Positions 13,243-27,300 of a stretch of DNA of 64,000 nt are shown here, piece after piece; within the stretch, counting starts at the first letter, position 1; the number at the start of each line of letters is the position of its first letter. The position numbers were made by a program, and so were the translations under genes. The DNA is from Dicyema japonicum (taxonomy: Eukaryota > Animalia > Dicyemida), in NCBI GenBank assembly GCA_011109175.1, contig RDEW01000067.1, positions 154,248-218,247 on the forward strand, in the 5' to 3' direction. The notes below the pieces were generated by a model. That model was not told the DNA's origin, ran no database searches, and was given only the letters and a program-made list of their open reading frames with translations.

Positions 13243-16200
13243 TTATGCTATTTTAAGCGTAACCATATAAGAATCTTCTACAGCTCCATGGGAATCGCTT
13301 ATAAACACGTATATTTCTGCCTTTCCTTTGATTCCTGGCAAAAGACTGAACTTCATTCCAATGTAGTTGCTCTCATATGGTCCTAGGATCATGATTAGTG
13401 GTTTTAATTCCAGCAGATCTGGTCGTGTACAGCTCAACTTGAACGTTTTCTCCACAGAATAGGTATTTCGATAACTCACACGCTTAAATACGTCGGAAAT
13501 TCCGCATTTTTCCGCATCCAGCAAAACCTCAAAGACCTTTCCATATTATGGGATGCCAACCTTAGACACTGGCGGAGGAATAACCGTGGTATTGATGAAC
13601 CAATAATGAAGTAGCTGACTATTGCTCACATCAACAAGGCTGATGTAATACTTTCTCTTAGCAACAATCAAAGGTTTCAGACAGAGAGTGCATTCGGAAG
13701 TGCAATCAGCCGAAAGGGTTGTGGGTGCGTCCTCGACTGAGACCTCAAACGGATGGGAGACAAAGAATTTAACGTTTCTCTTTGATTTATATCCCCTTGT
13801 GGTCAATGAAACGATTACTTGATTAGCTGTTGGGATTTAGTGACCTGTCCTAGGACACACGTGAGATCTACTCGTTGACAGGCCTGAATGTATATTCCAA
13901 TAGAATGCAAAGGACTTGTCATGAACTTGTCCTCGTACACAAACACAACCACGTGTTTTATCGATGGGATTTCCCCAACCATCGTCTACACTAGTTATTT
14001 GGAATACTTTGACAATTAGTTCCTTCGGGTATGTCCTTGTTTGCAGATCCAAACTCACCGAATCAGAGATGGAGCACTTCACGACCATGGTGGAAGGATT
14101 TTTGAAGTCTTCGTTCGTCGGGATTACGATATTTTTCTTGAACATTTCGTTTCCCGATCCCATAAATCTGAACACGTGGGTAATTGGACATGATTTTATT
14201 TCTACAGAGAGATTTACTACGAGAATTCGGCATTCGTCCGAAATGAAGTTTATCTGGAATATTTAAGAAGGTTACCTTCGTCGTCTTAGTCAGTTGAGGG
14301 GTAGTTTCCTCCAAATTTTGAATTTCCCTGTTGGTCGTCTTTAAATATCGAAACTATTTACCGGTGGGAATTTGGTCCCCTGAACCGACAAGGCCCGGTA
14401 GACGAACGGGACAAACACAGTCTCGTCTGGGGAGAGGAACAAAATGGGACATTTTTTCTCAGAGGAATAGCTCATAAAGTTCCGTTCAATGGCAGTCCGA
14501 ATATTCAAAAGTGTCTTATAGTGATTCCACTCTTCGTAGTTCGTTAGAACAGAAAGACATGGATCGGCAAACTCTACTCTTATTAATTGCTTGTTTTTTG
14601 TGAAATTGTGGACTTCAACCTCGAAAAACTCAGCCCTCCCCACAGTAGTTGTGATGGTCTTTGTGAGTGAGATATTCGATTCCAGTGCATTCTGAATTTG
14701 TTCGTATTTATTTTGACTTCTGTAGGCCTGGACAGTCCGCAAGTCCCTCTGTCTGTTAAAAGTAAGCGATCCAACCCCCTGAAATATACCCAAATCCTAC
14801 AATCCAAAACTATCAGACTCCAAGGTCCTGACCTTTTCCATTCTTTCCATTTTACGTTTCCTGACTGGATCCATTATTGACTCTGAACACGTGGCGATGT
14901 CATGCCAATTCGTTCTTCTACTAGCGATGGGTGAAGTAAGGAAACACGTATTCCCCGATTCTAAACGAAAGTAGGGAATAATACTGATAACTCCCCAAAA
15001 TCAAGCGATTTGCTCATGTTATCGGTTTTCTCGGTATTTTTTAGTTTCAGTTCGTTCAGGGCCAAAGGATGTCCAATATTTATGGTTTGCAGTATTAACT
15101 TTCCAATCGTGTTTGTCTCTTCCAGGGAACTGTCCACGTGGCTTATTATGTCCAACTGGGAGGAACATTCAACAGCCTCTTTCGACTGGCGGAGGAATAC
15201 CTAAGATTCCTTAATGCTAAAACGTGGAGTGGCAGTTGACAAAACCCAATAAGCATGAGGGAAGTCGCGTCCCATATGTCAATGTGGAGGTAATGGGCCT
15301 TTAAGTATTTTATGAAATTCAATTTTTCCTCTCCCACATATTTAGAATCACACAAACACAGTCGATAGCCGGGGATCGACGTATTTTCGAGTTTAATCAG
15401 CGAAATTTGCTCTTCTCCCTTCATAAAATCAAGCAAAATTCTACAAATCAAGCATAACCGTACTTATCAGTTGTTACAAATTCCTGGTCGTAAAATTGGT
15501 AGGTAAAAAATATCGTCTTCAAGGAAGAAATGATTGAAAACGTGTCCCCCATTTTTGGGTTTCTAAAATTATGCGTTATTTACTTGGAGAAGGCCAAAAA
15601 TCTAATCGATATTACGTTCCTTTGGAGAATATCTCCCATTTCAACCTCCTGGTCGAGGATCATGGATTTGGTTAGACTCACGGAGAAAGGAGAGTTTCCC
15701 TCTCTGTCAGTTATCGGGGGAAATCCGGCAGAATGGAGGACGGCGAGCTCATTTCTTGACGGTCCAACGAACTTTCCCCTACTCTCTCAGGCCATTGAAT
15801 ACAAAGGAGATGAATTCAAAGTCATCTTCCCAAATTTATCCAAAGAAATAGGAATTTCCTTCAAGTCGACTTCATCTACGAATTTTTCTTCCTTCGTCTT
15901 AACCTTACTATTCAAATATACAGGAATCATTGATTGAGGTCGATTCTGTGGTGAAGTAGCAGGGATCTGGTCACTAAGATCGTATTCGAAGGTTAAATGT
16001 CCAATAGTTTTGTTTTTGATTTGATTTTCTGAAGAAAAAATCAAGGCTGAAATGGGACTCCCACACGAATCTACAGTACTCCACCTTAAAATTACTTGAT
16101 AACAGGGGACAAGTAGAGGCATCATTCGCAATTATCGGACTCCAAAGACTCCAAGCAGTTATCACAGATTTATATTCGGGTTTCTGGACTTGGTTAGGAA

Positions 16201-17373
16201 CCTTCGTAACATTGGAATGACTACTTTGGGGGTGACTACCAACTTAAGATTATATTCCAGTTTAAAAGTCAGGACAACATCTTTGCTCACAAAGAAATTC
16301 TCCATGTATACTTTATTGTCTGAAACAAGAGAGATATGACTTATCATATTTTGAGTACCATTTTGAAGTTGTAACTTTTTTGGCTGGTCAATCATTCTCC
16401 AAGAATTGAATAATTGCATCTATATTCCACAAATTATAATACATAGAGATTAATGTCTTCGACGATGACTTCGATTTGCTGTTTATTTCTCGAATATTCG
16501 GAATCTTGAATTCCCTTGCGTAACTCGTCTTTGAGATTTTCGCTCAGAATTAGAGAAATGTTGAAAATTTTTAATTTTTGCGGCTTTTGGTTCTGAGTTA
16601 CATTTTCTACAATCATAGACGGCACAAACTGGTCACTTTCAAACCTTTGATTTCCTCAGTCGACCCCACTAGGGTGTCCAGGGGAATTAAAGGTTCTATT
16701 TGAGGGACAGATGTGCACGTGGATATATTGCAAACAGCGGAATCTCTAGTTTTGGCTTTACTGAGCTGATCTTGTAGAACTGAATTTATCACAAAAACTC
16801 GGATACCTTCGGTTGACGACAGTAAACTCAAACATCTGGGAGATCCCCTGTATATTGACAACCTTGAATAGATAAAACCGTAAACGTTGATTGCCCGTTC
16901 ATATTTTGGCAGAGATCCGACAGAGAAGCCGTAAACCACCCAACAGATCTCTCCAAAGAGGTCTCGTGGGCGATGATCTCGATTACTATCCTTGTCGACA
17001 AATTCTTAAATCCCTGCTTTATCATTACGCCCTTTTGAAATGATCCCCATTTACTTGGTTATAGTTGACCTCTGTCGAGTTATTCGCTGTTAGTGTCGGT
17101 CCCTTGTATGTTCTCCCTGTGAAAACTCCGAAGGTTGTGTCAAAAATGGAATAATTAAGGCTAAATAGATTTGAAGAGTTATTCTAGACTTATAATATGG
17201 GAAACATTAGGAATTTGAAATTTATCGACTCGTATAATGAATATATCAGTATTTTTGCTGGTTGCATATAAATTGGAATCTTTGTATGATTGGGGGGTCT
17301 TGCGACTTTGGCAAACTCTTAAATAGTCGTCAACATTCTGTGAGTATGCTTTTTCGTCAATTTGTGGCTTCAT
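13243..17373 (-). CDS. NPHP4: Nephrocystin-4 (ciliary transition-zone protein), copy 1, many 22-24-nt introns
   Basis: Spliced translation matches NPHP4 landmarks: SIFDTTFGVFTGRTY, KTIFFTYQFY, YLKAHYLHIDIWDATSLMLIG, VFLRQSKEAV, TVGRAEFFEVEV.N, LFLSPDETVFVPFVY, RVSYRNTYSVEKTFKLSCTRPDLL...KAEIYVFI. At least one single-base frameshift (~13850). Confidence 0.88.
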
Positions 17374-17980
17374 TATTTCTCGGTTGTTTCCAAGCAACAA
17401 ATGATTATTTATGAAATACAAATTCGATTATGTCGTGTGATCCACCATTTGCTTTATAATCGCCGGGTAAGTACAAAGCACCTACTTTGGCTATCAAACC
17501 AACTTCTGACACAAGAGGTACAGCTAACGCAGACGGACCCATTGAAGGTCGCTGACAGCCAATCAAAAAACACTAGAACACCCCACGGGGTTACAAATCA
17601 ACCAACTTCTCTATGTCTCACTTTGTCCTCTTTCCTTAGTGCAATAACATATGATCTGTCAGTTATGACTCAATAATCGACCATAATCATATTTTACTGA
17701 AGTTAAAAAAATAAACCTTCGTTTGGAAAAGAGTCTCTTGGAATTACAACTACAAATGTGCCAACTGGAGTCTCTACATATTAACTACTGACAGCCTGCT
17801 GAGGTACCTATATCTACGTGGTTTCTCCTCCCTTGACAAAGTGGGGTCTATATTAACTGCACTGCCCCGGAATCAAAATAGATTTCAGTACCAAACCTAG
17901 CTACCACTTTGATCAGAGGTTTCAAAATGGGAGGCGCGAAAAGCTTATCAGAAATATTATTTTTGTAAAATTAGATCTAT

Positions 17981-18511
17981 AAGGTAGAGTGTTATCCGCA
18001 CCTCGGTGCTAGTCAAGGACAATAAACCGGACATTGTGGTACACGATGAGGAGTCTAGCCAAGTCCTTATCATAGAAATTGGCATCACGTCTCAAGACCG
18101 TTTGCAGACTGTGGAGGTGGAGAAAATAGGAAGTATGACTTGCTTGCAAACGAGATGGGGCAGATGCTTGGTTGCAAGGTCCTCGTTATTCCTATAGTAA
18201 TGACGTGGAAGGAATTGCAACAAAGTACCACAAGGGTTATCTGAAGCAGTTGGGGTAGATAGGAAGCTCCAGGCCTATCTACAGTCACTGGATTAAAGCG
18301 GACCCTAGAGAGCCTGACACTGGAGTATAGGAGGCAGAGCCCGGAGATGCCAAATGGGCAGAGGGTTCAATTGGACAAGGCACTATCGGAGTTGTTTTAG
18401 CAACCAGAATCGAACCTGCCTGAGGAGGCTGGCAAACAGGCAAACGAGGAAGGTTGTTGATTATTAAATATTAACTTTTTATTGTTGGTTAAATAAAGTG
18501 GCTTGGTTTTT
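17981..18511 (+). mobile_element. 5'-truncated R4-clade family B copy (RLE C-terminus and 3' UTR), unit 1
   Basis: Near-identical to 28840-29375; ends in an oligo-T run followed by AAAAT. Confidence 0.9.
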
Positions 18512-18799
18512 TTAAAATAATATAGTTATTAATTTAAAAATTATATTTTTTTAAATCAATTCAATTTAAATTAGTTCACAGCATGGATAAATTCTTGCCT
18601 CAGATGCAATGCGATTTAAATATCGAACTCGTTTATTAATGAATAATGAACTACGAGTAGCACTCTCCTCAATAACACTGAGATTTAAAAAAAACTGTGT
18701 CAAGAATAAAAAAATTATCTTTGTTGCGGACCTGGTGGATTCCCATTATTTTACTGAAAAATCTATAAACATTTTTCATCGGATTCAAAAATAGAACGA

Positions 18800-19110
18800 T
18801 CAACTCCCGTACATTTAACCACGTTGTCGGATTTTATCAGCAAAGGATTATCAAACAAACCGAGACATCTGAAAACTCCTTTTTGTTTCGTGGATATTCA
18901 CAAGGCGTTCGACTCCGTTCCAAGGACAAACTTAATTAGAAAATATTCAAATCCGAAATCCCTGGAAACCTTAACTCTGGTTTCCAAACTCCCCTTTTAA
19001 TAGAAGGTTTGCTTTGGAGATTGGCATCACGACTTCTTCGAATCGTCCCCCAGATATCACCCCTATCCCCTTTATTATCAAACCAATTTACTGACGATCT
19101 ATCTTCTTAT
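18800..19110 (+). mobile_element. LINE RT remnant (also ~37490-37800)
   Basis: FVDIHKAFDSV RT motif at ~18885-18920. Confidence 0.5.
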
Positions 19111-19199
19111 CTCAGAAAATAAGAATGAAATCTTATTAACTTAAGCAGATGACATTGTTCTGTCCACAAGTGTATTAATGTTTTCTTTGTATACCATCT

Positions 19200-20621
19200 C
19201 TTCCATTAGTTTGAAGGCCCTTTTCTGGGTTGCGAAGATTTTCTGGATGTTCGTATAAGAGGCCAGTGGTCCTCATGAAGTACACGCATATGAAATGCAT
19301 GGTTCGATGTACTGTGAGTAGAGCGTTTTAAGTATAGGGTGATGTCCAATTTTCCATAGATCTGTTAGGCATTTCAGAAGGTTGATTTTCTTCTCACATT
19401 TGTTCTGCACGCTAGTGACATATCTCGAAAAGTTCATGTGCGTATTGAAAGTCAGACCCAATATTTTTTGCCATTTGCTGAACGGCAATTATCTTCCTCC
19501 GCAGTAACTTTATTGTCCTGTTCGACAATTTTTTGTCCGAGGTATAGAGAGTTGTAACAGATTTTTCGGTATTGATTGACATGCGATTTTTATTAAACCA
19601 CTCGAGTAGTCGACCTATGTGGTGTTGTATTCTTTCCGTCGCTGTTTGGATGTTCTGATCCTGTGAGGCTAGGACGATATCGTCTGCATAAGCAGAAACA
19701 GGTCGTCTTCTCCATTCGGCGTCGGAATGTTATCGTAAATAAATTGAATAGATGGTGATACGGCGAGCCCTGAGGTACTCCATTTGGGAATAAACGGGAG
19801 ACAGAATGAATGTTTCCAATGCACACTCTACCTCTTCGTCCGCTAAGGAAGTTCATCAGCCAGCGTTTAAGGTTTTCAAGGATATCTGATTGGTAGATTT
19901 TCCATGTTAGGTTCTTCGTCGGCACAAAGTCGAAAGCTTTGTGGACACAGTTTTCTGGTGTCTTGGCTTGCACAGAAATCCAGAGCGAATAAAGTTAGTC
20001 AGGGATGTGAGGAAGCTCGTTGTGGACCGATATTTTCTGAAACCATGCTGGAACAGTTTATCGGGAGTCCTTTCAGTGATTTTTGTGATGATATGCTATT
20101 CCAGAATTTTTGACATTGAGCATAAGAGAGAAATAGACCTGAAAGAAGCTGGGTCTTCTTTCGGTTTTCCTGACTTCAATACTGAGCGAATGCTTGCAAG
20201 TTTCCATGTAGTTGGGATTGAGTTATAATTAATCGACAGTTGTTGATTTTGGTCAGGGTACCGATTCCCTCATTTCCCAGGTTTTTCAGAGGATTATGGG
20301 AATTCAGTGTGGACCATCAAAATGTGTTACTTATGTTTGGCTTAGGGATGCAATTACTTCCTTTTCCGTAAAATAAGTTAATTGATTCTTTTTCTGTTTT
20401 CTTAGCGGCGGATCGGGTGAGTCAGTCCTCATGTGGTTTTTGTGAGAGATTTTCGCGTAGTATTTTACTAGGGCGTTTAGGTCCTTTTGAATGAATTTTT
20501 CGTTTTAGGGTGTCCTCTCATCCACCTTCGAGATATTTCGAAATGTCTTCCAGACTTCGGATGTTCACCGGTTACGATTTAATAAAGTAAAGACCATCTT
20601 CCATTTAACTTTCTGTATTTT
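19200..20621 (-). mobile_element. APE-type (Jockey/I-like) LINE, truncated at the duplication junction
   Basis: HKAFDFV, GVPQGSP, YADDIV, GLTFNTHMNF, YSQYIEPCISYAC. Confidence 0.85.
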
Positions 20622-20760
20622 CGCAGGCGCAAGTGAACAAGACGTCTCTCGCGTCGCAGGCGCAAGTGAACAAGACGTCTCTACGGCAAGTGGAACAAAC
20701 AAAAAATCCTTGGGTAGGACCGCGTACTTTTCCCGATTCAACCTTTCGGCCTTCTCTCTA
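20621..20760 (-). mobile_element. CRE-clade RLE fragment at the start of unit 2, with a 29-bp local duplication
   Basis: Same sequence as 1994-2090; FVPLAVETSC. Confidence 0.7.
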
Positions 20761-21819
20761 TTTAATAAAATACTAATTTGACAGCGAACACAGCACATTC
20801 TTATGACATAAAAAAATTAATTTTCTCCGCTGAAATTAGCTAGCAGTGAGCGAAGCGGAGCGTAATCCCTCCTCAGGAGCTAAGTGGCTATAAGCGAAGC
20901 GAACGACCAGGTAATTCTTAATAAATATAATTGAATTTTTTTATTATTAACACAAAAATTAAGTAAATTTAAACTGAGAGACAGTCTAAATACCATGAGT
21001 AATGCAACAAAAGTATGGAGTATTTCATTAAGTCCTTTAGCACTCACTCAACTCTTAATCATGACGTGTTAGGCAGATCCTTAAAAAACGAAAGCCGTTT
21101 TTTCTTCACCAGAATCTCCCTCACTAGGTCTCAATAGTCTTTCTTGGTCCTTATTCAACTTTGATTTTTAAGCGTGCTGCACTTGAATGAAGATGCTCGC
21201 CAATCGTTCAAGCGATCCCTTGTTTTTCCTTATTTGTCTTAGAACTTCATTAAGAATTTCAGTATCCGTCCAAGGAATATTTTTTCAGAAAATTATAGTA
21301 GTCTCCCTCATGACGTTTGTCGGTTTGTTGGGCCCATTCATAGGCAGTGAACAAACAAATCCCAGAGTGCCTTCGTGATTAACGTACTTATAGGTTCTAT
21401 GGAATTCTCAAGGCTTTCACATAATTTTCACTGAACTTATTTTTTTGTGGAAAACGTAAAAATTGGGGAATTTCCCCCCTATTTCGGGGTCTGACTATAC
21501 TTTGTCTACAATTCCACTAGCATCTAGTGCCACCATAAACACCGTTTTAGTACCATCTCTCATCGAAAAAAGAATTACCCAGTAGAGTTCAATTCATAAA
21601 AAATTGAATAATAATTCAACAGTTTTGAGTATTTCAGAATTGAATATGTATAAAATCGGATCAAAAAATACAGGAACATTACGAGTATTTTCAGAATCGC
21701 ACTTGACCCGTTATTAAGTTTAATAAAATTTAATTTTTCTTATAAATAATATTATTTTTTATAAAAGTCAAATAATTTTTTAAATTTACATAATTATAAA
21801 TTCAAAATTTTGTTAGAAA

Positions 21820-24178
21820 ATGGAAATACCCTCATTATATGCGCATTGCCTTGAACATATTCGAACAGATTTTTATTTTAAAAAATGTGAAGAATTAAAT
21901 GAAAAAACTAAAAACATGATTTTTAAAAGAGTATTTAAGGAACTGATATATTCGAACGATCCATATCCAGATGAAGATCTATATGATCAATATACGTTTA
22001 TAGACACGATCTCAGATGGAGTACAGAAAAATGTTTTCTGCGTTGAATTCATTGATGACATTGACGTTAAGGATGTTGTCAAGATGATTCAAGTTTATCC
22101 GAATTTATCGAATATTAAATTATGCAAAATAACTTCATCACAAAAGAATCCTTTACTACCATTCTCACCTAATAATGTCCAATCATTCTCACTTCAGAGT
22201 TATCATAACCCAGATATGCTACATTCCCTATTTATGACTGGATTTAATAAAATAACATCCTTGAACTTGGCTGTATACATTATAGAAAAAAATATTTAAA
22301 AACAGCACAATTAAAATAATGGATAAACTGGAAAACATAAACTTTATGAACGTTGTAATTACTGACTTTGAAGAATTTGCTGCTAACTTAAACTGTCCAG
22401 AGGCCCTGTGGTTTAATTTATATCAAATTCAGTTATTTTACGCATATGAATAATTATTATGTTGTTGAAACAGATGATACTTGTAAAGTTAATTGTATTC
22501 CTCTTCTTGATAAGACCATCAATCTTAAATTTCTCGATTTATCGGGATGTATTGTAGACATGGAGAAATTAACAAAGTTATCGATTATAATAATCATAGC
22601 TACTTAAGCAAAAAAGGATTGAAAAAAAATCATTTTGACCAACTTATAAGTTTCAATGTGAATATAAATGAATGGGTAATTTTTACGATATAATATAGAT
22701 TGATAAAGAATTACTTATAAATAACTTAATCAGGCCTCTCTTCACGTTCCAATGTGAACATAAAATGTATGAAATTTTTAATGGGATTTGCAATTCGAAT
22801 TACAAATTCCGATATAAATTATTAAGTCGATTTTTGAAAGTATTTTGAACATATTAGTTTAGTTTTGAGTCTTAAACCTATGGATGAAAATGAAGATCCG
22901 AAAATTTCTTGTAAGTGAATTGTTTTACTCCAGCTTTACTTTAGCCAGTATTATCAAAAACTATCAAATATCGTACCTTAACCGTTGGTATGTGTTGATT
23001 TTATCTTTAGTATGATTTACGATGGTATTTGTAAAATTGTTAAGCATTACCGATTATTTAGTTACGAAATGGTAATTTAATTTAAATTTTTAGAATGCTT
23101 GTAATTGTTTAAAGATATTTCACTTTTTAAAACCATGGGAAACATCAATTTTCGTTTGCACATTTTTTATTTTAGTTGCCTTCGTTTTCATTCATTCTTA
23201 AAGGAACTTATTGTTGGTATGAAGACGATAGTTATGATTACGATACATGTCGTTCTATTTTAAAAGGCATGAGCATAGAATTTTTGACTTATCTTGGATA
23301 TTCAGGTCTTGTGAAAGTTTAAATTAATGACAGGATAATTTTAGTACTGCTGTGAATCTTGTGAAACATGCGACGAGAAGGGTTATGGCATATTCAATGT
23401 ATTGAGATATCTTCTAGGTATTTGAAATATATTTATTTAGACGAAAATGAAAGAAATGTGGATTTGTTTATTGATTTGGATGGAATTTCTCGAATTCATA
23501 ATTTTTTAGAAAGATTTCCATTAGAAGATCAAAACCATAATATCATAATTCCAATTATTAAAGTCGTCGAAACTCTAGCTAAATTTCAAAAAGCTAGAAG
23601 TTTACTTGCTACGTGTGGAATAATAGAAGATTTATTGTAAAATCGGTGTTTCATTAAAAGAAATCCTGATTACGATGTACTTAATTTTAATGCGCATTAT
23701 TTTATCTACAGTTGCATGTGTCTGATATTGAGTGATCCAAATTATATTTTGCCCACATTTGAAAATTTGGATTTCGTTGATTTGAGTCCAAAGGAATTCA
23801 TTCTAAATAAAATTTGTCAATTTATAAAAGAAAATCCGTATGAAGCAGATTGCGATATCCATAGTAGGTAATTTAATTTTCTATGTCGAAGGTCAATGAT
23901 ACCAACAATAAAATTGTTAAGTATGAATACAGACGAGCGAATTTGGCTTTGGGTTGTATGGGAATTTGCTAATTTAACCACTAAATATCGTTAATCTTTA
24001 CTTTAATAATAGCAAATCTTTTTATGGACATGTTAGTTCCCCATAACATTATTGAGAAAATTGAGAATATATGTTGTCAATCCAATATGGAAGAGATCCA
24101 TTCATACGCTGCTATTTTTAGAACAAATTACAATGTTGTTATTTTTATTATATTTAGGATTATATTAATCGTCATTAA
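21820..24178 (+). CDS. ZYG11: ZYG11/ZER1-family gene, paralog 2 (unit 2), possibly pseudogenised
   Basis: Near-identical to 6504-8851; spliced C-terminus ...TKYPNLFMDMLVPHNIIEKIENI...YINRH*. Confidence 0.7.
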
Positions 24179-24373
24179 TTAAATATTCAAGTAAACAAAT
24201 CTCTTTATTAATAAATTAACAATATGTATTCATTTCTTAGTCGCCATTACAGAGGCTTGCAACTTATTATTTATTGCTAGACTGATTTTTTTTCTTACAA
24301 ATCAAAAATGTTTTTAACAATAATGAAATGTGAAGCTACACTCCATGTTTATTTCTTAAACATTATTTTAATA

Positions 24374-27300
24374 TGTCACGGCCCATACGTGGCCTCGGCC
24401 CAAACATGGTCGAGGCTAATAAACTTACAAAATTTTCTATAGCAGAATTAACTTAAATATACCCAATAAGTTTACCTCTGATATTATAAATTCTGTAGAA
24501 TGCAAAAATTGAGAGATTCAAATTAAAAATTAATTACCAAATGTCACAGTAATAGTATCTTCGTGCTAAAAAAATTTTTATTTTGTTTAAAAAATATAAA
24601 ATAAAATCTAATTATTTAAATAACTACTAGAATAGCAAAAGCAAAGCTTTGACCAAAATATTAAATTTAAGTCTTGTTCTTTTATCCATGTACATGAAAC
24701 TTTAACTCTATACCATAACCCTAAATTCTAAACACTGACCCTAACTAAAAACACTAAACATTAACCCTAACCAAAAACCCTCAAAGTGTAAATTATTAAA
24801 CATAATTTATTAATTAAATTATTTAGCGTTTTCGATCACTTAAACTCGTGACCTGTGAATATTTTTATCCTCTCTGTTATTGAGAAAACAATTATCTCCA
24901 TCGTTTTTGGTTACTTCATAGATGGTACAGTCAAGCTTATCGTAAAGTGCCATTATACGATGAGCAGGATTTTTGTCATGATCTCATCCTTTATGGACCT
25001 CGTCACCAATTTTTAAAGTTTCGTCGTCGTTTCTCCACCTTCTTTTTTCAATCATTTTTCGTGCAGCTACTTTGGTATATATTCGTGTCTCTTCTCTTGC
25101 TTCATCCACTTCATAAGACAGAAAATTTGACAAATCCTCCGGTATTGCTTCCTGTGGATACTTACATCCCATAAATATAAAGAATGGCATTTGTTTCGTT
25201 GCCTCGTGTATCGAAATGTTGTAATCAAAAAACATTTTTTTAAATGAAGAACATAGCTCCCACTCTCTCCACTGGAAGGTAATATAGAGGAAATCCATTT
25301 TTATTGATTGGTTTAATCTTAATTTATAATTTATTTTTTTACCTTTTTACTTGACCTTGTATCCATGGAGCACACCATTTACCATGAATATACTTTACTC
25401 GAGGTTCCATTAACATGTCGGTCATCAATTTATTTTTAAATTCTTTTCCGTTATCCATGTGTAATAATAGCGGGGGCCATATGTATAAATTTTTTTGAAA
25501 AGTTTCAACTACTTCCTTTGAATTTTTGGAGTAGAGAGTTTCGACCACGCCAAATTTGCTGAAACAATCAACAACAGTCAAAAGCTACAGAAAATTAATG
25601 AGAAAAGACACATATGAATAACCCAAGTTTTTGTCAGAATAACGTCACAAATCGATCAGATCGGCTATATATCTGTCGCGTGGGTAATTTACCACAATTG
25701 GTGTTATCGGAGGTTTTGTTTCCAAAAGCCTCTTAGACGTAATTTATAATTTGTTTCCTACAAATGAGCAATTATAAATATACGTAGATATATGGTACAT
25801 CGTTTTCAAACGTAAAACTACTGGCAAGCCTTTTATAACGCCTCTTATCAGATATTGTCAGATCTGAAGGGAACAAGTCAAATTCTTTAAATTCCTTAAT
25901 TATTTTCATATCGTAAAGAAACAATCGAACAACAATAACCATCAGTCGGTGGCGTTAAAACTCTCTCGAGTTGGCAAAAATGTTGAAAGGAAAAAAGGAG
26001 AAGGGTCACTTGCATTACCTGATGGTATGAATGTAATTCTTGCCATATCCGAGAGCGTTGTGGCAGATGACCCAAAAGAATGGGCGAGGCAGGTAGTCCT
26101 GCAGGTACGTAGCAGGCTATCTCGAATGCCCTGGAATGGATGGCCATACTTGGCGGAGCTCTGCAGTGGCAGATTCAGTACTGCTATATCTGTGAGTGAA
26201 CTCAAGAAGATGGCTGTAGGCAAAGAGGGTACTGGTCTAAAGGGGCGGGGACCAGGTGACCACAACTGTCAAAGAGAGCACGAGCACCAGAGCTGTGATA
26301 CGTTGCAGCTCAAGCATGTTTATGAGGTCTTTGCGCGGAATCTCGCTGCAGCGGCAGATGTCCCACTTGAGGACCGTAGATTTACCCGCAAGATTCCTCA
26401 TTGTAAGGTTAACGGTGTAGTGTTAACCTGCATCAATAAGGCTGTGGCTTATGCGGTGGAGGCTAAGCCAGTAGGGTCATTGGGTGACATCTCCCTAGTG
26501 CTGTATGCAGCACAGATCACCTATGAGGAATTGACGGACAAGCCCAGACCACCCAGTAAATGGAGGGAGCAGATCTGTGCCAAGATTGCTTGGAGACAGA
26601 CTGAGCTGGAAGCACTGGAGGGGCACATAAGTAGTGTGGCGAGAGGGGTTAGAGGAAAAGCACCGGCTATAGTAAAGGGGCTAATTAGTAAACTCCGTGT
26701 TCCCAAATGGGACCTCAAAGAGTTGAGGAGGGCAAAGGTGGAGTTAGAGGGGGCAATAATGGTGTATAAGAGGAAACTCTATACACATGAAAGTCGGTGT
26801 AAGAGAAGGAGAGAAAATAATCTGTTTGAGTTTAATCGCAGATTGTTTTACCGTCGCCTACACGAAAATGGCCATAGTGTATGTTCCCAGCAGGACGCGG
26901 AAATGCTTTCCACATGGGGTAGTATGTGGGAGGCTAAACCACGCAGAGGAAATGCGTGGAATGTCCCGTACAGCGCCGCTCCTTTCTTGGCGGAATTTTC
27001 GATTTTCGCAAGAAATTTGAGGCGGTAGTGAGACATCTCTCTGATTGGAAACGACCGGGGTCGATAAAGTTTATAATTTCTTTATCAAAAGATGCACTTC
27101 ATTACACGAGTCTTATGTGTGTGTATTACAGAAAAGCATCACTAACCCGGAAACGATTCCTGATTGGGCATGCACAGGGACAACTTATTTGATCCCAAAG
27201 CTGGACAACCCCCAGTCTGCTGCAGATTATCGACCGATAACCTGCATGCCAACCCTGTATAAGCTGATGACCAAATTGGTGGCTAATGAGGTCAGGAGCT

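Larger units (their letters stand above)
1994..20621. repeat. Tandem segmental duplication, unit 1 (~18.6 kb)
   Basis: Collinear, highly similar to 20621-39689 in gene and TE order (CRE, ZYG11-like, Ginger, R4-C fragment, NPHP4, R4-B fragment, LINE). Confidence 0.9.

Noticed and set aside
15530-15937. 135-aa plus-strand ORF (and duplicate 34227-34634), plus other short antisense ORFs
   Set aside because: Antisense shadows of NPHP4 or TE coding sequence; conservation is explained by the duplication.
17362-17676. Head-to-head gene opposite NPHP4
   Set aside because: No ATG start or homology; similarity to 36058-36351 is due to the duplication.
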